Shown here piece after piece: positions 25,537 to 34,677 of a stretch of 64,000 nt of DNA. The stretch is taken from assembly GCA_963662315.1 (NCBI GenBank), contig OY759353.1:3712001-3776000 (forward strand), in the 5' to 3' direction. Under the pieces are notes generated by a model, which worked only from the letters and a program-made list of their open reading frames with translations, had not been told where the DNA came from and ran no database searches. The first letter of the stretch is position 1, and each line of letters starts with the position of its first letter. Origin of the DNA: Geopsychrobacteraceae bacterium. GTDB taxonomy: Bacteria > Desulfobacterota > Desulfuromonadia > Desulfuromonadales > Geopsychrobacteraceae. The translations under genes and the position numbers were made by a program.

Positions 25537-26021
25537 TGGGAAAATTGCATTTGAAAGAATTAAAACCTGCAGATGAAATTATTTCCAGACTTCATGTTGC
25601 CTATGGAATCGAGGAAAAACGCGGATCCCTAAAGGTTTTAGGTGAGAATCTCGGCGTATCCGGAAGCGTCATAAGCGGGTGGCGGGACAGAGGTGTCCCT
25701 GACGAAAAAATCGCACGCGCAACAATTGATACTGGTTTCATAGAAATATGGATCAAAACCGGCGAAGGTCCGACGCATAAAAAAGCGGCCACCAATCGAG
25801 ATACAAGCTACGTTCAACAACTTGACAAAAGAGAAGCCAGACTACTGGATGTTTTTAGGCAGCTTGATCCAGGAAGGAAGGATCGTCTCATGGAAACCGC
25901 GGAGGATATGTTGGCAGTCGTACTTGCTCTAGAAGGCAAGGCCAAGGAGGAGGGTGGGGAAGACAAACAAAGGAAATCGAAGCTTAAGATTTCCGATCCC
26001 GATATGGGAGGATTCTTTTAA
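25536..26021 (+). CDS. Phage CI-type repressor (HTH; no visible S24 peptidase domain)
   Basis: LGENLGVSGSVISGWRDRG...WIKTGEGP; divergent from Cro-like gene. Confidence 0.8.
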   Translation: MGKLHLKELKPADEIISRLHVAYGIEEKRGSLKVLGENLGVSGSVISGWRDRGVPDEKIARATIDTGFIEIWIKTGEGPTHKKAATNRDTSYVQQLDKREARLLDVFRQLDPGRKDRLMETAEDMLAVVLALEGKAKEEGGEDKQRKSKLKISDPDMGGFF

Positions 26022-26061
26022 CTATTACCTGACCAGCTCATTGACTATAGGAGTCTATTAT

Positions 26062-26418
26062 TTGGAACAGGATATTTTATATTTCAAATCGCCTGGAGAA
26101 GCGCTTGAGTTCGCTTGTGAGTTTCTTAACTGCAGGACTCAAAAAGGTGACACACTGCCGGCAGTCATCACCGCGATCGAAACCGTACCCGCAGGATTCA
26201 CCAGATTATCAATCCCAACGGGAAAAGGCTGTGTCGAAATCTCCTGCATCCAATCCGCGCAAGGGCCAAAGAAATTAAACAAGGGTGATTTTGTCGCATT
26301 TCATATCGATGAAGAGCTCTTCCCTGGGAGTTCGCCTAAGAGTCTTGTCGGTACCATTGTTGCCAAGCTCAAACCTGAATTTGACACCCAGAAGGGGTGG
26401 GCTGTGTTTGGGGAATAA
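26062..26418 (+). CDS. Hypothetical protein in lysogenic operon
   Basis: RBS AGGAG then TTG 26062 within ORF 25954-26418. Confidence 0.55.
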   Translation: MEQDILYFKSPGEALEFACEFLNCRTQKGDTLPAVITAIETVPAGFTRLSIPTGKGCVEISCIQSAQGPKKLNKGDFVAFHIDEELFPGSSPKSLVGTIVAKLKPEFDTQKGWAVFGE

Positions 26419-26432
26419 TTAGAGAGGAATTG

Positions 26433-26849
26433 ATGTTTGACTTATTTAATGAAGCAAACAATCCTTTGCCACTTCCTGTCTACACTGAAAAAACTTCTAC
26501 TTTAGGATGGATCATGCACGGAACGGATGGAGATGTTCTTTCTGGATTGGTATTAGGTATATGTGCTGGAACGGCAATTGTTTCGCTCCTATCAATATGG
26601 ATATGCCTTCTTGGAATGTCACGAAATAGAGTATCGACTTGCATGGGGTTGATGATTAATCCGATCATGCAAATAGCACTAATTATCTTTGCATGGATTG
26701 GTGTTATTCAGTCGTTTAGTCCACACTGGAACTACTATGCACGATACAGCTTCATTATTCCGTTCATAATAACGTTCGCAATTACTTATTTTTTATCAAA
26801 TTCAAAAATCCTTTATTACAAATCAATCCTATTTGATACTGATTACTAA
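26433..26849 (+). CDS. AT-rich membrane protein (about 3 TM segments)
   Basis: Three hydrophobic stretches; RBS GAGG before ATG 26433. Confidence 0.6.
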   Translation: MFDLFNEANNPLPLPVYTEKTSTLGWIMHGTDGDVLSGLVLGICAGTAIVSLLSIWICLLGMSRNRVSTCMGLMINPIMQIALIIFAWIGVIQSFSPHWNYYARYSFIIPFIITFAITYFLSNSKILYYKSILFDTDY

Positions 26850-26851
26850 AA

Positions 26852-28021
26852 GTGGGCGTTAAAGCTAAAAAAGATAAAGACGGGAATATCATTCCTGGAG
26901 TTTGGAAGATCGATTACCGACCAAACGGCCGAAACGGTAGGCGAGTGATCCGCGACTATGGTTCTCCGGAGGACCCTAGGACTGAATCAGAAGCCCTAGA
27001 ACTTCACATGGAGCTTGTCCGTCATTCCAGGCGCGAACCGGTACCGATCACTAACCCTAAATTCTATGATCTACTTTCTGACTGGAAGGCTGAATATGCT
27101 AATAGCCATGCATCGAGCACAGTCAAGGATCTGAATCACTGCCTGGTTCACCTGGTGAAGTTTTTCGGAAAGCTGTACGTTTCTGAAATTACTCACTCCA
27201 TTATTGAACGATACAAAGCGGCCAGGCTGAAAGATAAGCACCTGATCCGCAAGAAAGACGAGAAAGACGAAGACTTTCTGGCCAGGCGTGAGAAAGACGG
27301 CAAGCCGATCACTAAGCGCACCATCAACAAAGAGCTTTCTTATCTTTCAGCGTTTTTGACCTGGGCAGAAGAGAACCGTTACTCATCGATTCCTCCAAAG
27401 GTAAAGCTGTTTCCGATCAAGCAAACCAAAGCAGCTGCTCCACGCCCTCTTCATCCGGAAGAAGTCAATGCAATCCTCGAACACCTGGAGAAACATTACC
27501 ACCTGGTGTTTCTGCTTTATAACGATGCCGGCCTGCGCCGATCGGAAGCTCTTGGCGGTGGACAGTACGAAGGATTGCGGTCCCGCGATATCGATCTGAA
27601 ATTCGGTGTGATTTATGTTCGCGGAAAGGGAGACAAGGAAAGGATCGTTCCGATCACAACTAACCGTTTAAGAACGGCCCTGGAGGAAACAATCAAGACA
27701 GTTAAAAAGGATGACTTCCTGTGCGTCAATCCGAAAACAGGAAAGCCCTGGTACAGTATTCGTAAAGCATTAACCCGGGCAGCAGAAAACGCCGGCATTA
27801 ATCGCCGGGTCTATCATCACCTTCTTCGGCATAACTTCGGAACCCATGCAACAGCTGCAGGGATTAACTTAAGAAGTGTCCAGGAGATGATGGGCCATAG
27901 CACAATCAAGACGACAGAGATCTACACGCACATGGCGCCGTACCTGCAGACCGAAGCTGAAAAGTTTTCAAAGTTTGTGGAAACTGAAACCACCGTGGAA
28001 AATGACAGCGAGAACAAGTAG
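26852..28021 (+). CDS. int: Prophage integrase (tyrosine recombinase)
   Basis: AGLRRSE, GKG, HHLLRH, MGH, EIY; ends 36 bp before the att site. Confidence 0.93.
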   Translation: MGVKAKKDKDGNIIPGVWKIDYRPNGRNGRRVIRDYGSPEDPRTESEALELHMELVRHSRREPVPITNPKFYDLLSDWKAEYANSHASSTVKDLNHCLVHLVKFFGKLYVSEITHSIIERYKAARLKDKHLIRKKDEKDEDFLARREKDGKPITKRTINKELSYLSAFLTWAEENRYSSIPPKVKLFPIKQTKAAAPRPLHPEEVNAILEHLEKHYHLVFLLYNDAGLRRSEALGGGQYEGLRSRDIDLKFGVIYVRGKGDKERIVPITTNRLRTALEETIKTVKKDDFLCVNPKTGKPWYSIRKALTRAAENAGINRRVYHHLLRHNFGTHATAAGINLRSVQEMMGHSTIKTTEIYTHMAPYLQTEAEKFSKFVETETTVENDSENK

Positions 28022-28057
28022 TTGAAAAACAATATGCTTTCAAAGTCTAACCTAAAT

Positions 28058-28102
28058 CTGAAAATCCTCGTGTCGGCAGTTCGATTCTGTCTCTGGGCAC
28101 CA
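28058..28102 (+). repeat. att site: 3' half of tRNA-Phe(GAA), copy 1
   Basis: CTGAAAATCCTCGTGTCGGCAGTTCGATTCTGTCTCTGGGCACCA (anticodon loop to CCA), identical to 34917-34961; no 5' half upstream. Confidence 0.93.
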
Positions 28103-28111
28103 TGAAATTTC

Positions 28112-28144
28112 AAAGGGTTACGTCATTTGACGTAGCCCTTTTTT
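28112..28144 (+). terminator. Intrinsic terminator after att copy 1 (potentially bidirectional, between converging integrases)
   Basis: AAAGGGTTACGTCA-TT-TGACGTAGCCCTTTTTT. Confidence 0.85.
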
Positions 28145-28148
28145 CGTT

Positions 28149-29222
28149 TCAAGAGCCCAAACTGTGTAGTAAATGTGAAGTAGACCCGCCCTTAAGCTTC
28201 TCATTTAGCAGATCTACAGCGGCAACTTTGTGCGATGGGGCAAGGTGAGCATACCGTAGCGTCATCGATAATGTTTTGTGGCCCAAAAGCTCCTTGACGG
28301 TCGTAATATCTACTCCAGCCATGACAAGATGGGAGGCAAAAGTATGCCTCAGGTCATGAAAGCGAAAATCCTTGATCCCTGATCTGCGTAGAGCAGAATA
28401 GAACGACCGCTTTAGGTCGCCCCATTTTCTACCAGTCTTGGGATCATAAAATACCCAAGGGACATCCAACCTCCGAACCTGTTTGCTCAGAGCTTCCCTG
28501 ACTGTACTATTAATAGGGATCTCACGCCGCTCATTATTCTTCGTATCAATGAGCAGAATAAATCCATGCTTCAGGTCGATATTCTCATCCCATTTAAGCT
28601 TTAAGATTTCCTGCTTACGCATACCTGTGTTCAAAGCTACCTGCACCACCGGCTGCAAATGAGTATCACAATTATGGACCAGACAATGGGCTTCATCCTG
28701 AGCCAGATAGCGGAGCCTGCGATTATTCTCTTTAAGTAGCTTTACTTTCCGAACCTTCTTGAGGTACTCCTCCTCAACCATTTCCCACTCCTCCGCCTTA
28801 GTGAACATGTGCTTCAGAGTTGCCAGGAGCCGGTTAACGGTTGCAGTCTTATTTCTTTTCAATCGCTCGGTCTGAAAATCTTCTACGATTTTCGTACTGA
28901 ACCGCCTAAGCTGGAGATCCCCGAAACGATCAACAAGCTGCTTGACCTTGCGAGTCTTATTGACCACATCCTTTTGACGTGTGATCCAAACGAGATACTC
29001 CTCAGCTAATTCCCTGAAGGTATAATTCTTGATTACCTTCACCTCAGGCACTTTCCCCTCAAGCACATCCTGACGATGTTTATTCAGAATCACCTGAGCT
29101 TCTTTGTAATTTGTCGTTCCACTACTTTTGCGAATTGTCCTTCCAGAGAGATCCTGGTAGGCAATCCAATAAAATTTACTTCCTGCTCTTTTTGTAATGC
29201 CTTGCATTTTGGTCTTGGCCAC
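28149..29222 (-). CDS. int: Integrase of the small element
   Basis: TGMRKQE, TKN, FHDLRH, LGH, LRYAH. Confidence 0.93.
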   Translation of the reverse strand: MAKTKMQGITKRAGSKFYWIAYQDLSGRTIRKSSGTTNYKEAQVILNKHRQDVLEGKVPEVKVIKNYTFRELAEEYLVWITRQKDVVNKTRKVKQLVDRFGDLQLRRFSTKIVEDFQTERLKRNKTATVNRLLATLKHMFTKAEEWEMVEEEYLKKVRKVKLLKENNRRLRYLAQDEAHCLVHNCDTHLQPVVQVALNTGMRKQEILKLKWDENIDLKHGFILLIDTKNNERREIPINSTVREALSKQVRRLDVPWVFYDPKTGRKWGDLKRSFYSALRRSGIKDFRFHDLRHTFASHLVMAGVDITTVKELLGHKTLSMTLRYAHLAPSHKVAAVDLLNEKLKGGSTSHLLHSLGS

Positions 29223-29252
29223 TACGGCTCCTTTCCTCAGACTACCTCAACA

Positions 29253-29435
29253 TCAGTTACCAAGATCCCGACTGACGTAGCCCAGCAACAGCTGAAGTGA
29301 TTTACTCGGTTTCTTCACCCCTTTTTCTAGGAGATAAACATAGTTGGTAGATACGCCGATTAGCTCGGCCAGCTCTGCTTGAGTTAAGTGGTTACTTTCT
29401 CTAAGCTTTTTAATTTCTACCGATGCCCATTCCAT
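29253..29435 (-). CDS. Xre-family HTH regulator
   Basis: IKKLRESNHLTQAELAELIGVSTNYVYLLEKG. Confidence 0.85.
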   Translation of the reverse strand: MEWASVEIKKLRESNHLTQAELAELIGVSTNYVYLLEKGVKKPSKSLQLLLGYVSRDLGN

Positions 29436-29531
29436 ACAAACATTATACCCTAACTGAGTTAGATATAGGAGTTATTTTTACTTCACAATCTACTTCACAT
29501 ACATCTATAAGATATTGTTTTTACGTATGGT

Positions 29532-29885
29532 TTAATGGTAGGCCGAGGATTCACAATCCTCGTTTCGCTTACGAAGCTCCCAGAGTTTACGAGTCGCTGA
29601 ATTGGACTCAAATGGTTGGCTCGTAGATGAGCGCAACCACTTTTCAATCTCACCTCTTAGGAATCGCAGGTTCTTACCTGCACGGGTCACCGGGATGGCA
29701 TTGGCTTTGACCTGCTTATAAACCCAATCACTACTCACCTGAAGATACTCAGCAAGCCCATCGACCGTCATCACACCATTTTCTTCCTTAGCTTTGTTGA
29801 TATTCAACTTTGCCGTCAACATCGCAACAATCTCACCGACCAGTAGCTCACGGTCAGTGTCACTTAGTTTGAAATCTATCGTCAT
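29532..29885 (-). CDS. Excisionase/AlpA-like HTH protein
   Basis: MTVDGLAEYLQVSSDWVYK...IP...GKNLRFLRGEIEKWL; start uncertain (29906/29885). Confidence 0.8.
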   Translation of the reverse strand: MTIDFKLSDTDRELLVGEIVAMLTAKLNINKAKEENGVMTVDGLAEYLQVSSDWVYKQVKANAIPVTRAGKNLRFLRGEIEKWLRSSTSQPFESNSATRKLWELRKRNEDCESSAYH

Positions 29886-29994
29886 AAATACTTTCTTTAT
29901 GCCCACGAGGGGGCGGGGGCTAAACTGGCTCGACCATCTACTTTATTTTCCCACTCTTATCCCCTCGCGGAGTAAAAAATTAAACACTATATAG

Positions 29995-30945
29995 TTAGTG
30001 CAGCGATTGCTCCTGAAGCTTACGCTCGCCTGACTCAACCATCTCCTGAAATACGTGCGGTCCAAATTTTCTAGCTGCTCGCGCAAGCACCTTATCGTAT
30101 CCGTTGAGAAACCAATCAAGGTCATCTTTTGGCGGTTCGCTACGAATGTGAAAGCTTGACTTAGGCCCCTGATCGAGAAACAACTGCCACCATGGCTCCA
30201 CTGGCCAACGGGAACGATTGTTGTCTTCTGTCGGCCTCCGAAATGATAGATAGCTTGACAGAATCCCCCAAAACTGATTGCCTAATGAGACGCCGGACAG
30301 CCAATCCTTCACGACCTGTTGTGCAACCTCCGCTTTGAGCTCCAACTCAACCCGCAACCAGTGGAAATCCTCGCCTTGCTGCAGTGCCTTATCATAGAAA
30401 CGGATAGAGACTTTACTCGTTCGGGAACCAAATCGCACAATCTGTCCAGTCAGTTCACCGGTTTGTGAATGATAAAAACTCTCAACTCGCGGGGCCTTTC
30501 TGAACTTGGAAACACAGCCTCCCGTGCCGAGCGAAGATACAATTTCATTAAGATCCAGAACACCAACTGGCTCATCCAGAGTAAGATCCAATCGAGAAAA
30601 CTTTGCGTCATGCCACAGGGCCCAATCCATAAGTTCACGCAGATCTTCCTCGTATCGATCACAAGCCTTTCCAGTGATTTCAAGATGAGGCCCCATACCT
30701 TCGTGTCCGCCCGCAACAGCTAAACGAACAGTCTTCCCTTCATTGCGGTACGACTGATGATAGCCATTCATTCCTGGAGATAAGATCAGATGATCTGGGT
30801 GAATAAGCTCCTGGAGCTTTCGCTCCAGAAGTTCCACCTGCACTTCCGGTGGAAAGGACATGGCTAGCCAGTCAACAAAGGGGCCTGTATGACGGGGGCT
30901 GCAGATACCTACTCCTACTGCATCAGCATGGATGTCAACTGACAT
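29995..30945 (-). CDS. Rep_trans-family replication initiator/relaxase
   Basis: VDWLAMSF, SRLDLTLD, FGSRTS, IRFYDK, WLRVELELK motifs. Confidence 0.88.
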   Translation of the reverse strand: MSVDIHADAVGVGICSPRHTGPFVDWLAMSFPPEVQVELLERKLQELIHPDHLILSPGMNGYHQSYRNEGKTVRLAVAGGHEGMGPHLEITGKACDRYEEDLRELMDWALWHDAKFSRLDLTLDEPVGVLDLNEIVSSLGTGGCVSKFRKAPRVESFYHSQTGELTGQIVRFGSRTSKVSIRFYDKALQQGEDFHWLRVELELKAEVAQQVVKDWLSGVSLGNQFWGILSSYLSFRRPTEDNNRSRWPVEPWWQLFLDQGPKSSFHIRSEPPKDDLDWFLNGYDKVLARAARKFGPHVFQEMVESGERKLQEQSLH

Positions 30946-31283
30946 TTAAACTCCTCCAAATAGAACCTCTTGATAACACTTATCATATCTATCAACACCG
31001 CTTGATCTGATCCTTTGAATAGGTCTTCCACCAGAAGTTCACGAGATGTAGTTGTACTGTTAATCTCATCAGGGATATCAATTATCTCCCTTGGATCTAT
31101 GCGTTCGCTCAAAACAGCTGCAACAATTAATCCGGTCAGCTCATCTGACTCGGCAAACGAAAGCCAATCCTCAAATGACGAGAATTCCACGCCTTTTTCA
31201 TTTACGATGTTTAGAGCCTTTATCAGGCTGTCGTTATCCTTACCAGATGCAGGTAGGGACTCGGATACCTCATTTTGCATCAA
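30915..31283 (-). CDS. Hypothetical acidic protein
   Basis: 122 aa, RBS AAAGGA, overlaps Rep start. Confidence 0.55.
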   Translation of the reverse strand: MMQNEVSESLPASGKDNDSLIKALNIVNEKGVEFSSFEDWLSFAESDELTGLIVAAVLSERIDPREIIDIPDEINSTTTSRELLVEDLFKGSDQAVLIDMISVIKRFYLEEFKCQLTSMLMQ

Positions 31284-31660
31284 ATAGTTCCTTTCTAATT
31301 TTTTCTGTATCTCAGGTACTTTAATAATGTAGTCCTGAAATACGCGTTAATATGTTGGTGACTAAGCAGTTAAGTCACCGGTGCAATGTTTTAGAATAAA
31401 GCTGACCCATGTAGTCGAAGCGACATCGAAAGACTATTCAGTTTTCTAATGTCGAAGCGAATATATTGGGATAGGTAACTCCATCTCTTAAAAAGATAAT
31501 TCACTTTTTCATTTCTATACCTCCTCCCTATAAAGCGATTTAAGAGCCTCCCACACTCTCGCCCGGCCTATTTTCTAGAAACATTTTACTTCTTGGATGA
31601 TTTCATATAACCAATATCAAACTTCAGGGAAGATATTCCGTTTAGAGATTGAATCAGTCT

Positions 31661-32035
31661 TTACTCACCGTAAACACATTCAATAAAACGGTTCAAAATA
31701 TCTTTACCGCGCTTAGTAAGATAAACAGCATGAACTTTCCTGTTATACAAATCTGGCTCTACTCTGAGAAGGTCATGACCAGCTTTCTTCTTTTCTACAA
31801 GACCATCATTTAGTTCTTGAGCCGTCGGTTCACGCATGTACAAAGAAAGTTTCTTAACGCTTCTAGAGACAACACCTTGTTGGATCCCCAGTTCCTCCTC
31901 CAGTTGAGGCATTGTTATACCTTCGTTATTTGCAACGGTGAGAAACAGTAATAAGTGCTGCGATGGAAAGTCATTCGCGATTTCGTCTCTTACAAATCGC
32001 ATCGCAGCTTCAAGATTTTGAGATTTCGTATTCAT
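31661..32035 (-). CDS. MarR-like winged-helix regulator
   Basis: LFLTVANNEGITMPQLEEELGIQQGVVSRSVKKL...YLTKRGK; RBS AAAGGA before ATG 32035. Confidence 0.8.
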   Translation of the reverse strand: MNTKSQNLEAAMRFVRDEIANDFPSQHLLLFLTVANNEGITMPQLEEELGIQQGVVSRSVKKLSLYMREPTAQELNDGLVEKKKAGHDLLRVEPDLYNRKVHAVYLTKRGKDILNRFIECVYGE

Positions 32036-32686
32036 ACGATCCTTTCCTAGCGAGAGTGACTTGATGTCATTTGTATACACTAGTGACTTTTAATCGTCAA
32101 GTGTCTTTCCAATATGGATGTAACTTTTTATGCGATTGATAATTACTGTTAGCTCAAATGAGGGTACTCATGGACGGTGTATATACAGATCAGGCAGGAA
32201 TTTTTCACGCGTCTTAATTGAGAAAGCAGAACTCATCTCTAGTCGGCAGGTTTGGCTTCAAGTTTCAACAACGCTATTTAGTTTTCATCCGGAAACGGCC
32301 CTTTTCCGCTGTGGCGGTGTCAATCTGCGGGTTTTCTTGTGCGGCGTAAAAGTACTACGCCTCCGCACAACCCCTTGATTTTCTTTCCATAACGAAAAAT
32401 TGCTCGTTTCCAATCTGAAAACTTAGCCGTTGCCCTTCGGAGTTTCCGGATGGCAACTATTTAGGGTTCGAGGAACTTTTTCTGCTGCAGGGTTCTTAGC
32501 TTACCTCTTCCTCGGCAATTCTAAGACCTCCCGTACTAAAGCCTAAGCCGTCGGTTTGCGACTTATATCTTTATTTGCAGCTTTCACACAAGAGCAACGA
32601 CCTCAGCTTACCTTCCAAGGATCTATTAATCATAGACACATTAAGTCTCAACCCTCACTTCTGGCTTCAGTAAAAATATACCCCCC

Positions 32687-32714
32687 TTGACAGCACAAGG
32701 TCATCGGCTATCCT
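32687..32714 (+). promoter_or_regulatory. Putative sigma70 promoter of helicase gene
   Basis: TTGACA-16 nt-TATCCT about 30 bp before ATG 32746. Confidence 0.45.
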
Positions 32715-32745
32715 TTCATACTATGTCATCAATCGGAGGAGTGTA

Positions 32746-34677
32746 ATGTCTACAGAGTATCTATATCTCCCTATCAGTGGCACTACCCTTTCAAAAGTTG
32801 TTGCGGAGACAACATGTCTTGTCGAATGTGATACGGATACGTTAATCGCTTTGCTCGCTCTGTCTTTATTACCAAATCTGCCTCCAGACACACTCAATCA
32901 GCAGATTGAACAGATCTTAAACGATTTGTTCGCCAGTAAAGAGCAGGATGCCGTGGCCCTAAGATCGACACTCCTGAATCAGTTGACGATAAATATGGTG
33001 CTATCTGGAATTGAGCGAATGAAAGCATTTAAACTACGCTTGATTAGCCATGAAGCAGAGGAGAGGAAATTATACACACTTGATGGACTGTGGAACTTTT
33101 CATTTCGCAAAACCTATTCTCAGCTTCTTCGTGCTGCAGACCATTATGGCTTAGATATAGGAGTTACCGATGGACAACTCAAAACTCTGAGCTTCTTCAG
33201 AGCAGGAATGCAGTCTTTTGATGAGAAAATTGAAGGCGAAACAGATCTTGTATACCACATGAGGGACGGCCTCGAAGACCCTCTGCATGTAGAGGCTTAT
33301 GCCGGTAGTGGAAAGACCTTCCTAGTGAACCGAATACCGGAAATTGCCACTTCAATTGGGATAAAGCCAAGCCAAGTCTTGGTGCTGACCAGAACCGTGG
33401 AACAAAGGAACTCTTTACCGTCAAATCTCCTCCAGAGTTGCGCCTGCTATTCATATGGTGGACTGATCTTCACTATGATGCCTGGAGGGCGTAAACTCGA
33501 AAGGAATGCAGCAAACAGGCCGTTCCCTTACCAACAGGTGATTACCCGTTTAGGAATACAGCCACTTGGCGGCTACACTGTACAGGTTCTGTTGGACGCA
33601 GCTATATCAACGCTCGCCAAGTATTGCTATAGTTCTAATGACGAAATTGGCTCAGATGATGTTCCGGTTTGGATTATCGAGAACAAGAAAGGTGCTGATC
33701 AACAGAGCTTTGTCATCAACTATATTCTTGGGATTGCAAGGAATATCTGGAATCTGATACTTCACCCTGTCGCAGACATAGAAATCCCGGTTCGCATCTA
33801 TCATCAAACCAAACTCGTAGCGCTCAGCGGAGAAATCGTTCACCCTCACTATCGATTAATTGTGCTCGATGAGGCTCACCTGCTGGATTCGGTAATGAGC
33901 CAGATTCTTTCTCGATCACCCCAATATATTGTGACCTTCGGTGACCGTTTTCAGAGTGTCTACCGAGAAGCTGCAACACTGGAAGCCAGGCAGGTTCAGA
34001 TGGCCCATAGCTTCCGAAGCCCAGTTGCTTTTGAGCCAGCAATCAACCACATGCTGGACATTCACCGTTACAGCAAGGGTAGGTCGTTTGTTGGAAACCA
34101 GGAACTACCGGCAGATATTCAGTACGCTAAGAATGACCTGATCCCAGTGAAACCGTGTGCTGTTTTTGTATCAGATTTCTGGTCCCTTTGGGCTTGGATG
34201 CACCGCTTTTTTAGGGCAAACCTACCGTTTCAACTGGTTACTCCAGAACATGATATTCGTCAATTTGTGTTAGAATTGTTTGCTTTGCGAAATGGCAACA
34301 CCCGGCCGACTCATAGAACGCTTGTATCATACTGGTCTTATGAGGCTCTGGTGAATGTTTTTTCTGGCAATGAATCCTTCCAGTTTGTTCAGGATGTAAT
34401 CGACGGTGGATATAGCCCTCAGAAGTGGGTTAGTGACTGTAAACGCTACATATCACCATCAGGCAGATATTCGCTTGGACTGACTGCTGATGCTCGGAAT
34501 AGAGAGTTTGATACGATTAAGTTGACTGCTGATGCTGTGGACCTATTATGGCACTCACGCAAAGGCGTTAATTATGACAGCCCATCAGCTCTTTATATTG
34601 CGTTGACTCGTGCGAGATATCAGCTAATCCTCCCGGCGACTATGCGAGAGATAGTAAATCTTGGGCAGAACCTGTAA
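32746..34677 (+). CDS. UvrD/SF1-like helicase with unassigned N-terminal region
   Basis: AYAGSGKT (Walker A), VLDEAH (Walker B), GDRFQSVY, SFRS, LYIALTRAR. Confidence 0.8.
   Translation: MSTEYLYLPISGTTLSKVVAETTCLVECDTDTLIALLALSLLPNLPPDTLNQQIEQILNDLFASKEQDAVALRSTLLNQLTINMVLSGIERMKAFKLRLISHEAEERKLYTLDGLWNFSFRKTYSQLLRAADHYGLDIGVTDGQLKTLSFFRAGMQSFDEKIEGETDLVYHMRDGLEDPLHVEAYAGSGKTFLVNRIPEIATSIGIKPSQVLVLTRTVEQRNSLPSNLLQSCACYSYGGLIFTMMPGGRKLERNAANRPFPYQQVITRLGIQPLGGYTVQVLLDAAISTLAKYCYSSNDEIGSDDVPVWIIENKKGADQQSFVINYILGIARNIWNLILHPVADIEIPVRIYHQTKLVALSGEIVHPHYRLIVLDEAHLLDSVMSQILSRSPQYIVTFGDRFQSVYREAATLEARQVQMAHSFRSPVAFEPAINHMLDIHRYSKGRSFVGNQELPADIQYAKNDLIPVKPCAVFVSDFWSLWAWMHRFFRANLPFQLVTPEHDIRQFVLELFALRNGNTRPTHRTLVSYWSYEALVNVFSGNESFQFVQDVIDGGYSPQKWVSDCKRYISPSGRYSLGLTADARNREFDTIKLTADAVDLLWHSRKGVNYDSPSALYIALTRARYQLILPATMREIVNLGQNL

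Larger units (their letters stand above)
1..28102. mobile_element. Temperate prophage (podovirus-type virion module) integrated at tRNA-Phe; left end outside window
   Basis: Contiguous portal/scaffold/capsid/tail/internal-protein genes, early genes, repressor and integrase, ending at a tRNA-Phe 3' fragment (28058-28102). Confidence 0.93.

Noticed and set aside
28026..28102. Intact tRNA-Phe gene (also considered at 34885-34961)
   Set aside because: Neither copy has the 5' acceptor strand, D arm or 5' anticodon-stem strand; they are att fragments.
1..28102. Diversity-generating retroelement, as in BPP-1
   Set aside because: No reverse transcriptase or template/variable repeat pair seen here; the tail-fibre region is outside the window, so it is not excluded for the whole phage.
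30880..30902. Rep_trans nick site within the 5' end of rep
   Set aside because: Position is plausible, but the hairpin is poor and the CTAA core known from pT181/MOBT sites is absent.
31489..31530. Strong RBS (GGAGGAGG) followed by MKSELSF-stop on the minus strand
   Set aside because: No frame continues into a convincing protein; could be a remnant but unsupported.
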